In this document: piece by piece, positions 48,973 through 62,199 of the stretch
How the letters are laid out: every line of letters starts with the position of its first letter
Position numbering within the stretch: the first letter of the stretch is position 1
Origin: Octopus sinensis
Taxonomy: Eukaryota
Assembly (NCBI RefSeq): GCF_006345805.1
Contig: NC_043022.1
Location: 12,338,001-12,402,000, forward strand
DNA: 64,000 nucleotides
Direction: 5' to 3'
Made by a program: the position numbers and the translations under genes
The notes under the pieces: model-generated
Databases searched by the model: none
What the model was told of the DNA's origin: nothing
Seen by the model: only the letters and a program-made list of their open reading frames with translations

Positions 48973-49379
48973 TTTCCCTACATTTATAAATATAACTACT
49001 CCTTATATATCACTATAGTGATATATAAGGAGTAGGAAATATTACCTTGACCAGAAACAGGAAATGGCTGGCAACAGGAAGGGCATCCAATTGTAGAAAA
49101 TCTGCCTCAATAAACTCTCTCCTACCAATGCAAGCCTGAAAAGTGGACATTAAACGATAATGATGATTATATTCATGTCACAGATATATCACAGTGACAG
49201 GTCAAAGATATGTTACAGTGTTGTGTCACTCAGTATATGGCATAACCACTGTGTCACCTACCCTTGTTACAAAGGCACTGTGGAGTAAAAGATGTGTCAT
49301 AATATAGTCACATAATGTAGTGTCACAGCTGAGCACAGTTGTGACACAGTAGTATTACAGGTGTGGTGAAGGTGGGTAG

Positions 49380-49873
49380 TGGTTGTGGAGGTAGTATTTA
49401 TAATGATGGTAATATTTGTGAATGAGGTGATAGGGATGACAGAAGCTACAGGGGTAAAGATAATGGCAGTGGTGATGAAGATGGTGACATGGTGGCTGGT
49501 GGTGGTGGTGATGAGGAGGATGATTGCAGTGACAGTAGTGGTAATGGTCTTGGTGGTGATGGTGGTGGCTGTGATGGTATTGATGTCAGTGGTGTGGTGG
49601 TGATTGGGGTGGTGCAGTTAATCAGAATGTGAAACTGAAAGTAGAATAAGCAACAGTCATCATCATCATTGCATTAGTAGTAGTAGTAGTAGTAGCAGCA
49701 GCAGCAGCATTAGCAGTCATGCCTGCAGTAGTAGCAGGAGTAAGAGCAGCAGCAACTAAAGCAACAATAACAACATTTGACAGCAGTAATAGCAACAGAA
49801 GTTGCAGTACTAACAGCAGAACCATCACCATCACTACTTACTACCACCACCACCACCACTACAACACAGTCAC

Positions 49874-49905
<32 letters not shown>

Positions 49906-50180
49906 CTATCATCACTATCATCACTATCATCATAACCATCATCATCATCATCATCATCACTATCATCATCACTATCGTCATCATCATCATCATCATCATC
50001 ATCACCACCACTACCACCATCATCATCTTCTTCACTACCACCAACACTATCACAACTGCCGCCACCACCACTATAATCACGTACCATTACTGCCACCATC
50101 ATCATCACTACCACTATTAACACCAACATCACTCCCGTCACCCCACCGCCACCACCACCACCACCACCACCACCACCAAC
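49380..50180. repeat. Mixed trinucleotide fields (GTG/GAT, TAG/CAG, CAT, CAC)
   Basis: Direct inspection. Confidence 0.9.
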
Positions 50181-50262
50181 ACCACCAACACCGATAATCA
50201 CTGCAACTGCATCAATTGAGTGCAACAATTGTCGTTACATTGTTCTCAATTGTTAACAGTTT

Positions 50263-50316
50263 CTTGTGTGTGTGTGTGTGCACGTGTGTGTGTGTGCGTG
50301 TGTGTGTGCGTGTGTG

Positions 50317-50354
<38 letters not shown>

Positions 50355-50505
50355 CGTACGTGTGTGTGTGTGTGCGCGTGTGTGTGTGTGCGCGTGTGTG
50401 TGTGTGTGTGTGTGTGCGCGTGTGTGTGTGTGCGCGTGTGTGCGTGTGCGTGTGTGTGTGTGTGTGCGCGTGCGTACGTGTGTGTATGTATGTGTGTGTG
50501 TGTGT
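50263..50505. repeat. (TG)n/(TGCG)n tract, Z-DNA prone
   Basis: About 240 bp of alternating purine-pyrimidine sequence with CG steps. Confidence 0.95.
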
Positions 50506-50996
50506 TGTCTGTGCGTCGTAATGTAATTTAAATGGAAATGAGAAGGAAACAGAGAGACTTCGGTTGTCTTTTGTTGGAAAACGATGACATGACACAAACA
50601 GCACCAAACTAAATCATTTTGTGCTATTGAAGTTGTCGTTTAGCCCTGGGCAAATTCCTTAGTTCTGCAGAATCATCATTAGACTCCAGTCATGACCATC
50701 CTGCCTTTCTTCGTTTTCCATTTTTATGTGTTGGATATTATATTGTTTGATGTGTCTTTTTTTTTTTCGATATGTTCTTAGGCTGGTAGGTAAAGTTTGA
50801 TTCGAGGGGAAGTTAGCTACTATTTCAGTTTTATGCTTATAGTTATGTTTATGGAAAGCGGACATTAAACAATGATGATGATGATATATGTACTTATATT
50901 TATGTGTATACATACATATATAATATATATATATATATATATATACATACATACACACATATATATACACACATACGCACAAACATGTATGTATAA

Positions 50997-51029
<33 letters not shown>

Positions 51030-51034
51030 AATAT

Positions 51035-51071
<37 letters not shown>

Positions 51072-51452
51072 GTGCTAATATATAATTTATAAAAACATTT
51101 GACATATTAATAAAAATCTGTAAATGTACAACCATCCAGATTTCTGAGTATCTTATTTTTTCTAATATATAATACCTGTACATCACGTCCAAACCTTCTA
51201 ATATATATACACACACATATATATATGAATCATCCTCATGAATGTTTAAAATCCATTTTCCAAGCTGGTCTGGGTTAGGTGCTTTAATGAGAACCAATGA
51301 GACAGAGGAATGCTCTGAACTCCAGTGTCTGCATTGGCATAGCTTCTATAGCTGAGGATGCCCTTCCTCAACAACTTCTACAAGTTGTGTCATAATTACT
51401 AAATGGCAATTAAGACCAACTTCATGATGTGCTCTATTAAGAATCAGTAAAA

Positions 51453-51690
51453 GGTGGCGAGCTGGCAGAAACGTTAGCATGCCAGGTGAAATGCTTAGCA
51501 GTATTTCGTTTGTCTTTACGTTCTGAGTTCAGAATGAAATACAGCTTCATGCAAACACACCGCCAAGGTTGACTTTGTCTTTCATCCTTTCAGGGTCGAT
51601 AAATTAAGTACAGTTGCGTACTGGGGTTGATCTAATCGACTGGCACCCTTCCAAAAAATTTTGGGCTTTGTGCCTAGAGTAGAAAAGAAA
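51453..51690 (+). mobile_element. SINE family A with a foreign ~25-nt insertion in its head
   Basis: TSD TAAGAATCAGTAAAA; insertion at about 51532-51558. Confidence 0.9.
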
Positions 51691-51749
51691 CTAAGAATCA
51701 GTAAAATGTCTGAAAAAAAAAATGTCCTGTGGTGTTTGTTCTGGGTCTT

Positions 51750-52500
51750 TAAGTTCTAAGTTCAAATCCCACTGAAGTGAACTCTGTATTTCAAGCTTGC
51801 AGAATGATTAGGACATCAGAAAAAAGCTGTTTTACAGTATTGGCTCTTACTCTTTACATTCTGAGTCCCAATCCCGGCAAGGTCAACTTTGTATTTTGTT
51901 CTTTCAGTGTTGATAAAATAAAGTACCAGTCACGTACTGGAGTTGACAGAATCAACTAATCCCCTCTACTCATAATTGCTGGATTCCTGCAAAAATGTAA
52001 AACCCAGCCATAAAATCCCTGTCAAAACTGACACAGTAGCCTTGGATATATTTTCTACCAGGCTGGCTTTTGTCAATCATCCTACCCATGCATGCATGGA
52101 ATATGATGATGATTATCATCATTACGGTGGTGAGCTGGCAGAACCATTAACACATTGGGCAAAATGCAGCATTTCATCCGTCTTTATATTCTGAGTTCAA
52201 ATTCTGCCATGTTTGACTTTTCCTTTCATCCATTCAGGGTAGATGTTGAGTACTGGGGACAATGTAATCAACTTACTCCCTCCCCACAAATTGCTGGCCT
52301 TGTACCAAAATTTGAGACCATTATTATTATCATCATTAGCAGAATCCTTAGTATGTCAGAAAAATTGCTTAGTAGCATCTATTGCAGCTTGCTACTTTCT
52401 GAGTTCAAACCCCACCAAAGTCAACGTTCATCATTTCAGGGTTGATAAAATAAAGTCAAGCACTGAGGCCGACTAAAATTGCTGGCATTGTGCCAAAATT
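51750..52500 (+). mobile_element. Cluster of 3-4 old degenerate family A SINEs
   Basis: Repeated ctgagttcaaa..tcatcc..ggg..gataaaata.agtacc motifs. Confidence 0.7.
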
Positions 52501-55500
52501 TGAAACTGCTACTATTAGTATCATCATTGTCATGATTGTTGGTGTATTTAATATATTATGTTATTGAACATTGAGTTTTAGCAGTTGCTAGTCTTATATC
52601 CAAATCCCATTTTCAGACCTTTAAACGTCTACAAACAAATTTTTGCTTAACTTTTGACCGAAATATGAAGGATATATTGGGAAAGAGAATGTTAACCGTG
52701 TCAATTAACCAATAACATAAGAATTCTCCTTATATTAATATTCCTCCAGTCCTCTTCCTCTCTGTGTGTTCTGTGAAATGAAGCTTTCTATAGATATTGA
52801 AGTTTGTAATGGCCAAGAGCTATATTCTTACAGGAAGCAGACGATCGCCAATACTTTAGATCAATGTATAAAATTAATACATCACTTCCTATTGATAGTT
52901 ACTCCCTCCAGTCAATATGGTGTATGAAAGTTTTCACGTTTTCAACACTTCGACAGCTGCTTTCTTCCTAATTATTTCCTTACATATTCCATTTAGAATA
53001 TTTTGTTTGCTTATAAATTTGTCCAACAAATGAAATACAGCTTCATGCAAATTCATTTTGCTTTCCTTCTAGTGTTAATTCTTAAAGTATTCTTGATATA
53101 TTAACCAAGTCGATCACCGTTCACACTTGTTATTATTTTTTACTTTTATTTTTATTATTATTATTATTATTATTTTTTTTAATGATTCTCTTTCTGAATA
53201 ACTCATTGTCATGATTACAAACTTAGTCGCTATTAACCTCTTTGCTGTTGGTATTCAAAGAATTTTAACTTCAAAACAGTCTAGGTTTGGAAAACGATTA
53301 TTGCAATACAACATGGCCATGTTTGAATGCTGTATGATATCGCCTGCTATTGTGTAGTGCAACGGGAACCAAAAATCTGAAAGGCTTTTTTTCTTTCTTT
53401 ACTTATGCCTATCAATAATGAAGATTTTCTCTTAGCTTTCGCAATATTAGAGATCGCCATTCAATCTCAGCGTGTTTCATTATAATGTAATAACACCATC
53501 ATATTTCAACACAATCAAATGGTCGGCCATAATAATTATTCCGCGGCTAAGGAAGGAGAAGCTACTTCCGTTTAATCATGCCAATTCAATAAATAAGTTG
53601 TTTGCATATTCATAAAAGTCTGGGGTCATTCTCTTTCCACTTTCTACATTCAATCTTTTTTTCATTAGCTTTCTCTTTTGTTTCGTCTCTCTCTCTCTCT
53701 AATCCTCCCGCTCTCTATCTAGCGTTTCACATCAAAGGTGAGCTCTGATGATAGGAAACAAGCGGTGAACTAGTTAAAAGATTCAGCTTCTCAGCACGTC
53801 CTTGATCTGTGAATAGCGTGATTTGATAAAGTATTTTTCCTGGTGGTGGGGATTTAATTAACAACGTCTTCTTTCTACCAAAAAGAAGTTGGCTGACACA
53901 ATCAATAAGACAAAGGAATGTTGCTGATGTTGTTACTATTGTAGTCATTTCTGCTGGTGATGCTGTTGCTATTTATCTCCAGATCAGTCAGACTCAATAC
54001 ACGACCACCGAACGAATTGACGAGCCCTCCATGTGGTCATTCAGTTTTGCTAGACGTAATGACCAGTTCATCTAAAACACACCCCTAACAGTCTTAAAAG
54101 TAGCGAGGGGAAAAGACATTGGATAATGTAGTTCGGAAGGCCCAAATGGGATGGTCATGGCTGGAATGCCTTTGTCTGGTTTGTTTGTTTAGAGCTGATC
54201 TGGGGATAAGCAACAACAGATGGAGCCACTGAGTAGATGAAGGTGCCTCTATGTCAGGCATGGACAACCTTGTACAAGAAATGGGTCACATCACATGACT
54301 CAAGATCAAACAAGTCACACCATTAAAAAAATCCAATTTGTCTCATGGGCCACATGTTTACCCATGACTGTTCTACATGGTCAACCAATCTGCTAGAAAC
54401 ACCAGTGAGATATCTCTCAAATCATACCTTGTGATCTTTAACAAATGGAAAGGACACAATACGGTAATGCCACCCGAAATACATCTAGAAAGACTGAATG
54501 GTCATGAGTGGAATGTCTTTGATCGAGAATTGCCAACAAAATCTTTAATTCTACAATAAAGATCACCTGCCTCCCCATTGCAAAATACAGAATTAGCATC
54601 TTTCACTGTGTTAGTATAGTTTCCTTACTTTACAAATTCTTTACCGTTTTTTCAGTTCACAACTGGGATTTCCATGTCAAGATTGTCATTAAATAACTAA
54701 AAAAAAAAACATTCCATTTCAAGTTATTTCCAATGTTTTAAATAGATTATCCTCCCCTCTAGTTCACACACACACACATATATATATATAAAATCATGTT
54801 TAATCCTTAAATATTATTTCCCATAAAAAAATTAAGGTGAAAAACGTTTTTTTTTGTACATATCGCCCCTCAACTTTTCATTTACAAAATGGTGTAGGTC
54901 AGTATTTTTGTTTTTAGAATCTGTGAAATAGAAAATATATTTTTGTTAATAATTATACAAATTTTCTTCTGCATTCATATTAAATATGTCATAAAACATG
55001 AAAAAAAACTGTACAAATTTTTCTGAAACATAGTTTCTTCTTCAAGCTTTTTGAGTTTTAAAATAAAATTTGCTCTATAAGCAAGTATTACTATAATTAA
55101 TATACTGAAAAAACAATTCATAAAAATCTTTATTGATTTTCTACAAAGTTAACTCAGTTTTTTAACAACACAATATCATTTTATTTTTATTTTCCAATGA
55201 TAGGTTTTTTTTTTTTTTTGTTTTGTAAAGTTATTATTCAATGCCAACGTTTTAGAGGGATTAGAATTTCATTTACATTCATAACAGTTAGAGTATTTGC
55301 ACATTCACAAATACACCACATACACACATAATCATTCACCCTAACACAATTCTTCCATATTTGCCTTATTCTCATGATTATAAATCTACCTTTGCTGCCT
55401 GTTTCTATCAAATAACATATCTTTTCTTCATGAATTCACTCCACCTTTTTTCTAACGACTTTACTTCATCTTTAATACCATTAAATCTTTCTCTATCCAT

Positions 55501-55704
55501 ATATATATTATATATATATATATATTATATATATATATATATGTAAGTATAATATGTATGTAAGTATATATATGTATGTAAGTATATATATGTATGTATG
55601 TATATATATGTATGTATGTATATATATGTATGTATGTATATATATGTATGTATGTATATATGTATGTATGTATATATATATGTATGTATATATGTATGTA
55701 TATA

Positions 55705-55754
<50 letters not shown>

Positions 55755-55757
<3 letters not shown>

Positions 55758-55960
55758 GGGTTGGACGAAATAATGGAAACACCTTAAAATTTCAAACAAA
55801 TTTATTTTAATATGGGGTAGGACCACCTTTGGCACTAATTACAGCTTGAATTTTATGAGGTTTGGACTTGTACAAAGTTTGAATTGTTTCCAAAGGAATT
55901 TTTGTCCATTCTTCAGCTAAAACAGTCTCCAGTTCTTGTAGTGATGATGGTGACTATTTC
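55755..55960. mobile_element. Tc1-like transposon end
   Basis: TA|CAGGGGTTGGACGAAATAATGGAAACACC, a typical Tc1 TIR, inserted in (TA)n. Confidence 0.7.
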
Positions 55961-56334
55961 AAAGGAGCTGATGTTAAAATTTAGATAAATAGGTCACTTT
56001 TCATTAAACATAACTAGTCCAGGAATCTTTTGATTTTACCTTGTAGCTGTGTAGTTTGCTGTCTTCTGTCTGGTGTTCCATATATCTATCTATCTACCCA
56101 TCTGTCTGTCTAGATTTATTTATCTATCTCTCCAGCTGCCTGGCTGTCTGTCTGTCTTCTCTGTCTCTCTCTCTCTCTCTCTCTATGTGTATGTATGTAT
56201 GTGTTTGTGTCTGTATGTATACATCTGTGTATATATGTATATGTGTGTATATGTATATGTGTGTATATGTATATGCATGTATGTATGTGTATATATGTGT
56301 GTGTGTCTGTATGCATATATATATATATATATGC

Positions 56335-56590
56335 CTCACCTGGCCCCCGTGCCGGTGGCACGTAAAAGCACCATCCATCCGTGGCCGTTTTCCAGCTCCG
56401 TCTGGCACCTGTGCGGGTGGCACGTAAAAAGCACCCACTACACTCACGGAGTGGTTGGCGTTAGGAAGGGCATCCATCTGTAGAAACACTGCCAGATCAG
56501 ACTGGGCCTGATGCAGCCTTCTGGCTTCACAAACCCCAGTTGAACCGTCCAACCCATGCTAGCATGGAAAGCAGATGCTAAATGATGATG
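56335..56590 (+). mobile_element. SINE family C
   Basis: Core and GAT tail present. Confidence 0.9.
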
Positions 56591-56992
56591 ATATATATAT
56601 ATATATATATATATTGCATGAGTCTTTAAGTATGTATTTTATGCATGTGACTATGTATACATATGTAAATGTAGGTGTATATTCATGTGTGTGTAACGAA
56701 CATATATCTTACTTATATCTTTACAAATGTGACAACATCCAGTGTTATCTAATTAATTACAAGTTTTTTCTACCTCTGTATGCTAAATTAACTCCTGAAG
56801 CGATGTGTAACAAAGATCATTATCGTTCTTCATAATCGTATTAAAAAATAATAATAATATCCTCCTAACTACGTCGAAGCTAATGCGAGCATCTTTTGCT
56901 GTTTCATAAAAACTCCCAAGTTTTTCTATTCTTCTTCCTCTATTATTTATGTAACTCATACTGATTGATATTCTTTTTTTTTCCCAGCTGAA

Positions 56993-57032
<40 letters not shown>

Positions 57033-57249
57033 CGATATTGTGGTTGTTACTATGGAGTCTGTTATTTCCAAGTCTTACATGTGTGCATATGTATGCATAT
57101 ATGTGTGTGGATGGACACTTACATATACATATATCACGCTCTGACTCATACATAAATGTGCATGAGTGTATTCACACACATTCACACACAAACACAATCA
57201 TACACACGTGTGTGTATGTGTATCTCTCTCTCTCTCAATATATATATAT

Positions 57250-57322
<73 letters not shown>

Positions 57323-57499
57323 CACACAGATATGAATGTCTATGTATGTACAAGTCTGTACAGGGATATATGTATATACAAATATATATGTATGCATACA
57401 CACATACACACACATGCATACACACACAGAGGTATGTATGTATATATGTATATATGCAGATTATTATAATAGCATTAACAATAACACAGACTACACACA

Positions 57500-57546
<47 letters not shown>

Positions 57547-57819
57547 GATGTATATATTTTCATTGTACATATTCTTCTGTTGTTGTTTTCTATACTTTTT
57601 CTACAACATACCTTTACTTGTCTAACTCAATATATCACGACCTCCCATAAATTCTGTCTGATTTTACCTTTTTTTAAAATTGAATGAAATTTAATAGTTT
57701 TTTAGAATGTCTAATAGAATTAAAAATTATTTTTATGCTTTTGTATACATTTAAACTAATTAAAAATTATTTTACATAATAACAGAATTAAAATTTCTTT
57801 GATTAAAACCCTTTCTAAC

Positions 57820-58322
57820 ATGGAAGTATCCAAAGAGCATTTAAGGCACATAATGCTTTATGAGTACAAAAAAAGGAAACTCTGCAGCCAAAAAAACTTG
57901 AAACATACACTCGGTTTATGGGAAAGAATGCTTGAATGAAAGAACTTGCTGAACATGGTTTGCAAAATTCGTAAGTGGAGATTTCAGTCTTGAAGATAAA
58001 GATTGAACAGAATGTCCAGTTGAGTTTGATGATAAGCTCCTTGAGGCATTACTTGAAGAAAATCCTGCTTTATCAGTTGAAGAATTGGCAATAAAGCTTA
58101 GTTCAAACCATACAACTGTTCATCATCATCTTCAACAACTTGGAAAGGTTCCTAAACTTGGAAAATGGGTGCCTCATGAATTGTCTGAAAGCAACCACAA
58201 ATCCCGAGTTAACATCTGCTCTTCTCTCCATTCTTGCAAACTCATCTCACCCTTTTTGGATAGACTTGTGACAGGTGATGAAAAATGGATCTTCTATAGA
58301 AATGTTAAACGTAAACAATGGC
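57820..58322 (+). pseudogene. Mariner (DD34D-type) transposase pseudogene, N-terminal half, truncated by a SINE
   Basis: MEVSKEHLRHIMLYEYKKG..HTH..KLGKWVPHELS..FLDRLVTGDEKWIFY; stops and a frameshift are present. A TIR-like sequence lies at about 57632-57665. Confidence 0.92.
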
Positions 58323-58620
58323 TTGATCGTGAGGTGATGAGTTCGAATCCCGGACTGGGCTGCGTGTTGTGTTCTTGAGCAAGACACTTTATTTCATGTT
58401 GCTCCAGTTCACTCAGCTGTAGAAATGAGTTGCGATGTCACAGGTGCCAAGCTGTATCAGCCTTTGCTTTTCCCTTGGATAACACTGGTGGCGTAGTGTG
58501 GGGAGGCCGGTATGCATGGGCGACTGCTGGTCTTCCATAAACAACTTTGCCTGGACTTGTGCCTGGGAGAGTAACTTTCTAGGTGCAATACCATGGTCAG
58601 TCATGACCAAATGGGGTCTC
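58320..58620 (+). mobile_element. tRNA-derived CORE-like SINE
   Basis: gagttcgaatcccgg (B box), gtgttcttgagcaagacactttatttc core. Confidence 0.8.
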
Positions 58621-59235
58621 AGCATATATGAAATTTATTTTGGTTGAGTCAGTCTCTTGTTACTCTATGTTTTGTCTGTGCACTCAAAGGTGAAACTCAG
58701 AGTAGCAAGAGCCTGACTTAACTAAAGTAAAAATATTAATCTCTATTATGATATTGAGAACTCTTTCTTCTGACAGTCATCACTAGGTGTCTATCTATTT
58801 GTCTGTCGGTCTGACTATATATGTACATGAACACACACAAGGGTGGTACCTAAAATAAGGTTATAGGTCAGTCAAGCAACACATATTGGTTACATGCATT
58901 GGGTTACTTATATTTACCTATCTTATCTGTCTATCAATCTGTCTTTATTTCTGTCTATCTATCTATCTATCTATCTATCTATACTTCTAACTATCTATCT
59001 ATCTGTCTCACTTTCTACCTATCTACCTACATGTCTATCTATCTATTTATCTGTCTGTCTGTCCATCTGTCCTTCCAGCCATCCATACATTCCTCCATTC
59101 ATCCCTCCATCCCACCATCTATCTACCTATCTACCTATCTATCTATCTATCTATCTATTTCATAAATTTGTCCATCTATTTAGCTATCTACACACACACT
59201 CATACACACACACACACTCACACACACACACACAC

Positions 59236-59282
<47 letters not shown>

Positions 59283-59779
59283 TATCAAATATGCTAAGTT
59301 CTGTTTTTCTTTACTTTGTTCACCTGTTATCGTGTTGGTGATCTCACAAATACACTAAGTATATATGTATGTATATATGTATGTGTGTCTCAGTGTATGC
59401 ATATGTGCATGTGTGTGTGTAAGTATGTGTGGAGAAATTTATGTGCATACTTACATACACACACACACACACACATCTAATACCATGTGGTCAAAAAAAA
59501 CAATGAACTGCCTCCTGTCCATTCAGGCTATTAAAATCTATGATTTACTATAATATTATAATATATAACATATATAATCTGACCTGTATTATAGGTCAGA
59601 TTTCTGAAATATTCCGGAAGAATTTGGTTTGGAAGATGGAAACATTAAATCCATAAAATGGAGACATTTGATGGCTTTAAAGCAATAAAGCAATGGAATC
59701 TTGTTGCTATTGTTGTATGTCTGATAAAGTAATTAGTCTCTGTATACACACATATATGCCTTTACGGATATATATATAT

Positions 59780-60905
59780 ATCATCATCATCATTATCATC
59801 ATCATCATCAGTATCATCATTGAACGTCTGCTTTCCATGCTGGCATGAGTTGAATGCTTTAACATGAGCTGGCAAGCCAGAAAACTGTGCCAGACTCAAC
59901 TTACTACCTTGGCATAGTTTCTATGGCTGGATGCCCTTCCTAATGCCAACCACTTCCCAGAGTGTACTGGATGCTTTTTACGTTGGACTGAAACCAGTGA
60001 AGCCACCAAGCAACTCACAAGACACGATCCCCAACAAGTGAGTGGCGCAGTAGTATTGATGAAGGTGGCTGTATACCAGGTGACAGGAGTTAGTGTGTTG
60101 CTGTAGAAGAGATACATGGTTACCTTACTTGGGAGAAGAGAGAAAAATGGTAAAGAAGATGTGTCTGGGAACTCCATACACACACACACATATATTGATG
60201 CCATTGCCACCTGACTGGCTCCCCACACTGGTGGCACATAAAAAAACAGCATCTGAATGTGTTTGATGCCAGTCCCTTCCAACTGGTTCCTGTGCCGGTG
60301 GCACATAAAAAGCACTATCTGCTCATGGTCGATGCCAGTGCCACCTAACAAGCTCTTGTGCTGGTGGCACGTAAATAGTGCACCCACTACACTCTCGGAG
60401 TGGTTGGTGTTAGGAAGGACGTCCTGCTGTAAAAACCTTGCCAGATCAGATTGGAGTCTGGCGCAGTCTACTGGCTTACCAGTCCTCAATCAAACTGTCC
60501 AACCCATGCCAGTATGGAAAACAGATGCTAAACAATGATGATGACTAATTCAAATATATAAATATATATATATATTGGCCCCGTGTCGGTGGCACGTAAA
60601 AGCACCATCCGTTCGTGGCCATTTGCCAGCTCTGTCTGGCCCCGTGTCGGTGGCACGTAAAAGCACCATCCGTTCGTGGCCGTTCGCCAGCTCTGTCTGG
60701 CACCTGTGCAGGTGGCACGTAAAAAACACCCACTACACTCGCGGAGTGGTTGGCGTTAGGAAGGGCATCCAGCCGTAGAAACACTGCCAGATCTGACTGG
60801 GCCTGACGAAGCCTTCCAGCTTCACAGACCCCAGTTGACCCGTCCAACCCATGCTAGCATGGAAAGCGGACGCTAAACGATGATGATGATGATGATGATG
60901 ATATA
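59780..60905. mobile_element. Cluster of three family C SINEs (59790-60000 -, 60230-60545 +, 60577-60900 +)
   Basis: ggaagggcatccagcc cores and (GAT)n tails. The last copy has triplicated ~50-bp 5' internal repeats. Confidence 0.85.
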
Positions 60906-61589
60906 TATAACTCAGGTGCCTAGGATTCTTGTCAAACTACTTGTCATGCTAGCCTTATGTGTTGATAATATTTTGGTTGTATGCTTTTGAGTAACATTGC
61001 CTCATAATGTACACCTGCTTCCATAATATGTCCTATAATATCAACCATTCACTGAATATCCGAAACAGCTGTACAGATATATTTATGCCTTATGAGACAT
61101 ATGTAATATCTCATATAAATGTGTTCCTTATACCTGCAATTATTTGTTCATCTTTCCACGTTGATATTTATTTGAACTTTGCCCTCCTTCTAGCTAACTC
61201 ATCAACTCCTGGAGTACTTTACTCTGATTAAGAAGTTGCAATTTAAGAGCTCCATCTGCCCATGCACTAACTCGGTTCTTTTCCATTCTAAGCTCGAACT
61301 GGCATCTTCTCACTGAGGATATGTGTGTTGGTTTGAAACTATTTTCATACAACATCAAAGATCAATGTTTTATTTTATAATTTAGCATCTCAAAATCATG
61401 AAAGCTGCAATAAACATTTCATGTGTGTTCCTCCAGGTTTCTCTTGCTGCAGCCATTCAGTAAGTTAGTGTAATTGTGAACATTGACAAATTATATACGA
61501 ATTCTCAAATTATCAAATTATATCATGCTGAGCATACTGAGGTGTGTGTAAAGTTTTGCTTCTTCACCAGAATTTACTGCATAAGATGG

Positions 61590-61636
<47 letters not shown>

Positions 61637-61672
61637 TGTATGTATGTATGTATGTATGTATGTATGTATGTA

Positions 61673-61763
<91 letters not shown>

Positions 61764-61927
61764 ATGTATGTATGTATGTATGTATGTATGTATGTATGTA
61801 TTGAATTACTAAGGTATATCACATGTTTTAGTAGACCATTATATATGTGTGCATAGTTTTGTTTACAATGCATCATGGTTTTGCTGAAGAGCTGTCCCCC
61901 ATATGCACTCATATCTGTATGTGTGTG

Positions 61928-61975
<48 letters not shown>

Positions 61976-62020
61976 GTGTATACACACACATACGCATATA
62001 CATGTATAAATATGCCTGTA

Positions 62021-62134
<114 letters not shown>

Positions 62135-62199
62135 ATTTGTGTATAGTCATATATACACACACACAAACACACACATATACTTAGAAGCATAGACGTATG

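Noticed and set aside
52600-53150. Possible transposase remnant (also 60930-61560 and 10130-10440)
   Set aside because: Only vague motif resemblance with many stops in all frames; it cannot be assigned without a profile search.
53745-53760. CTGATGA-tag-GAAAC hammerhead core
   Set aside because: There is no room for helix II, no helix III or NUH triplet, and no helix I pairing.
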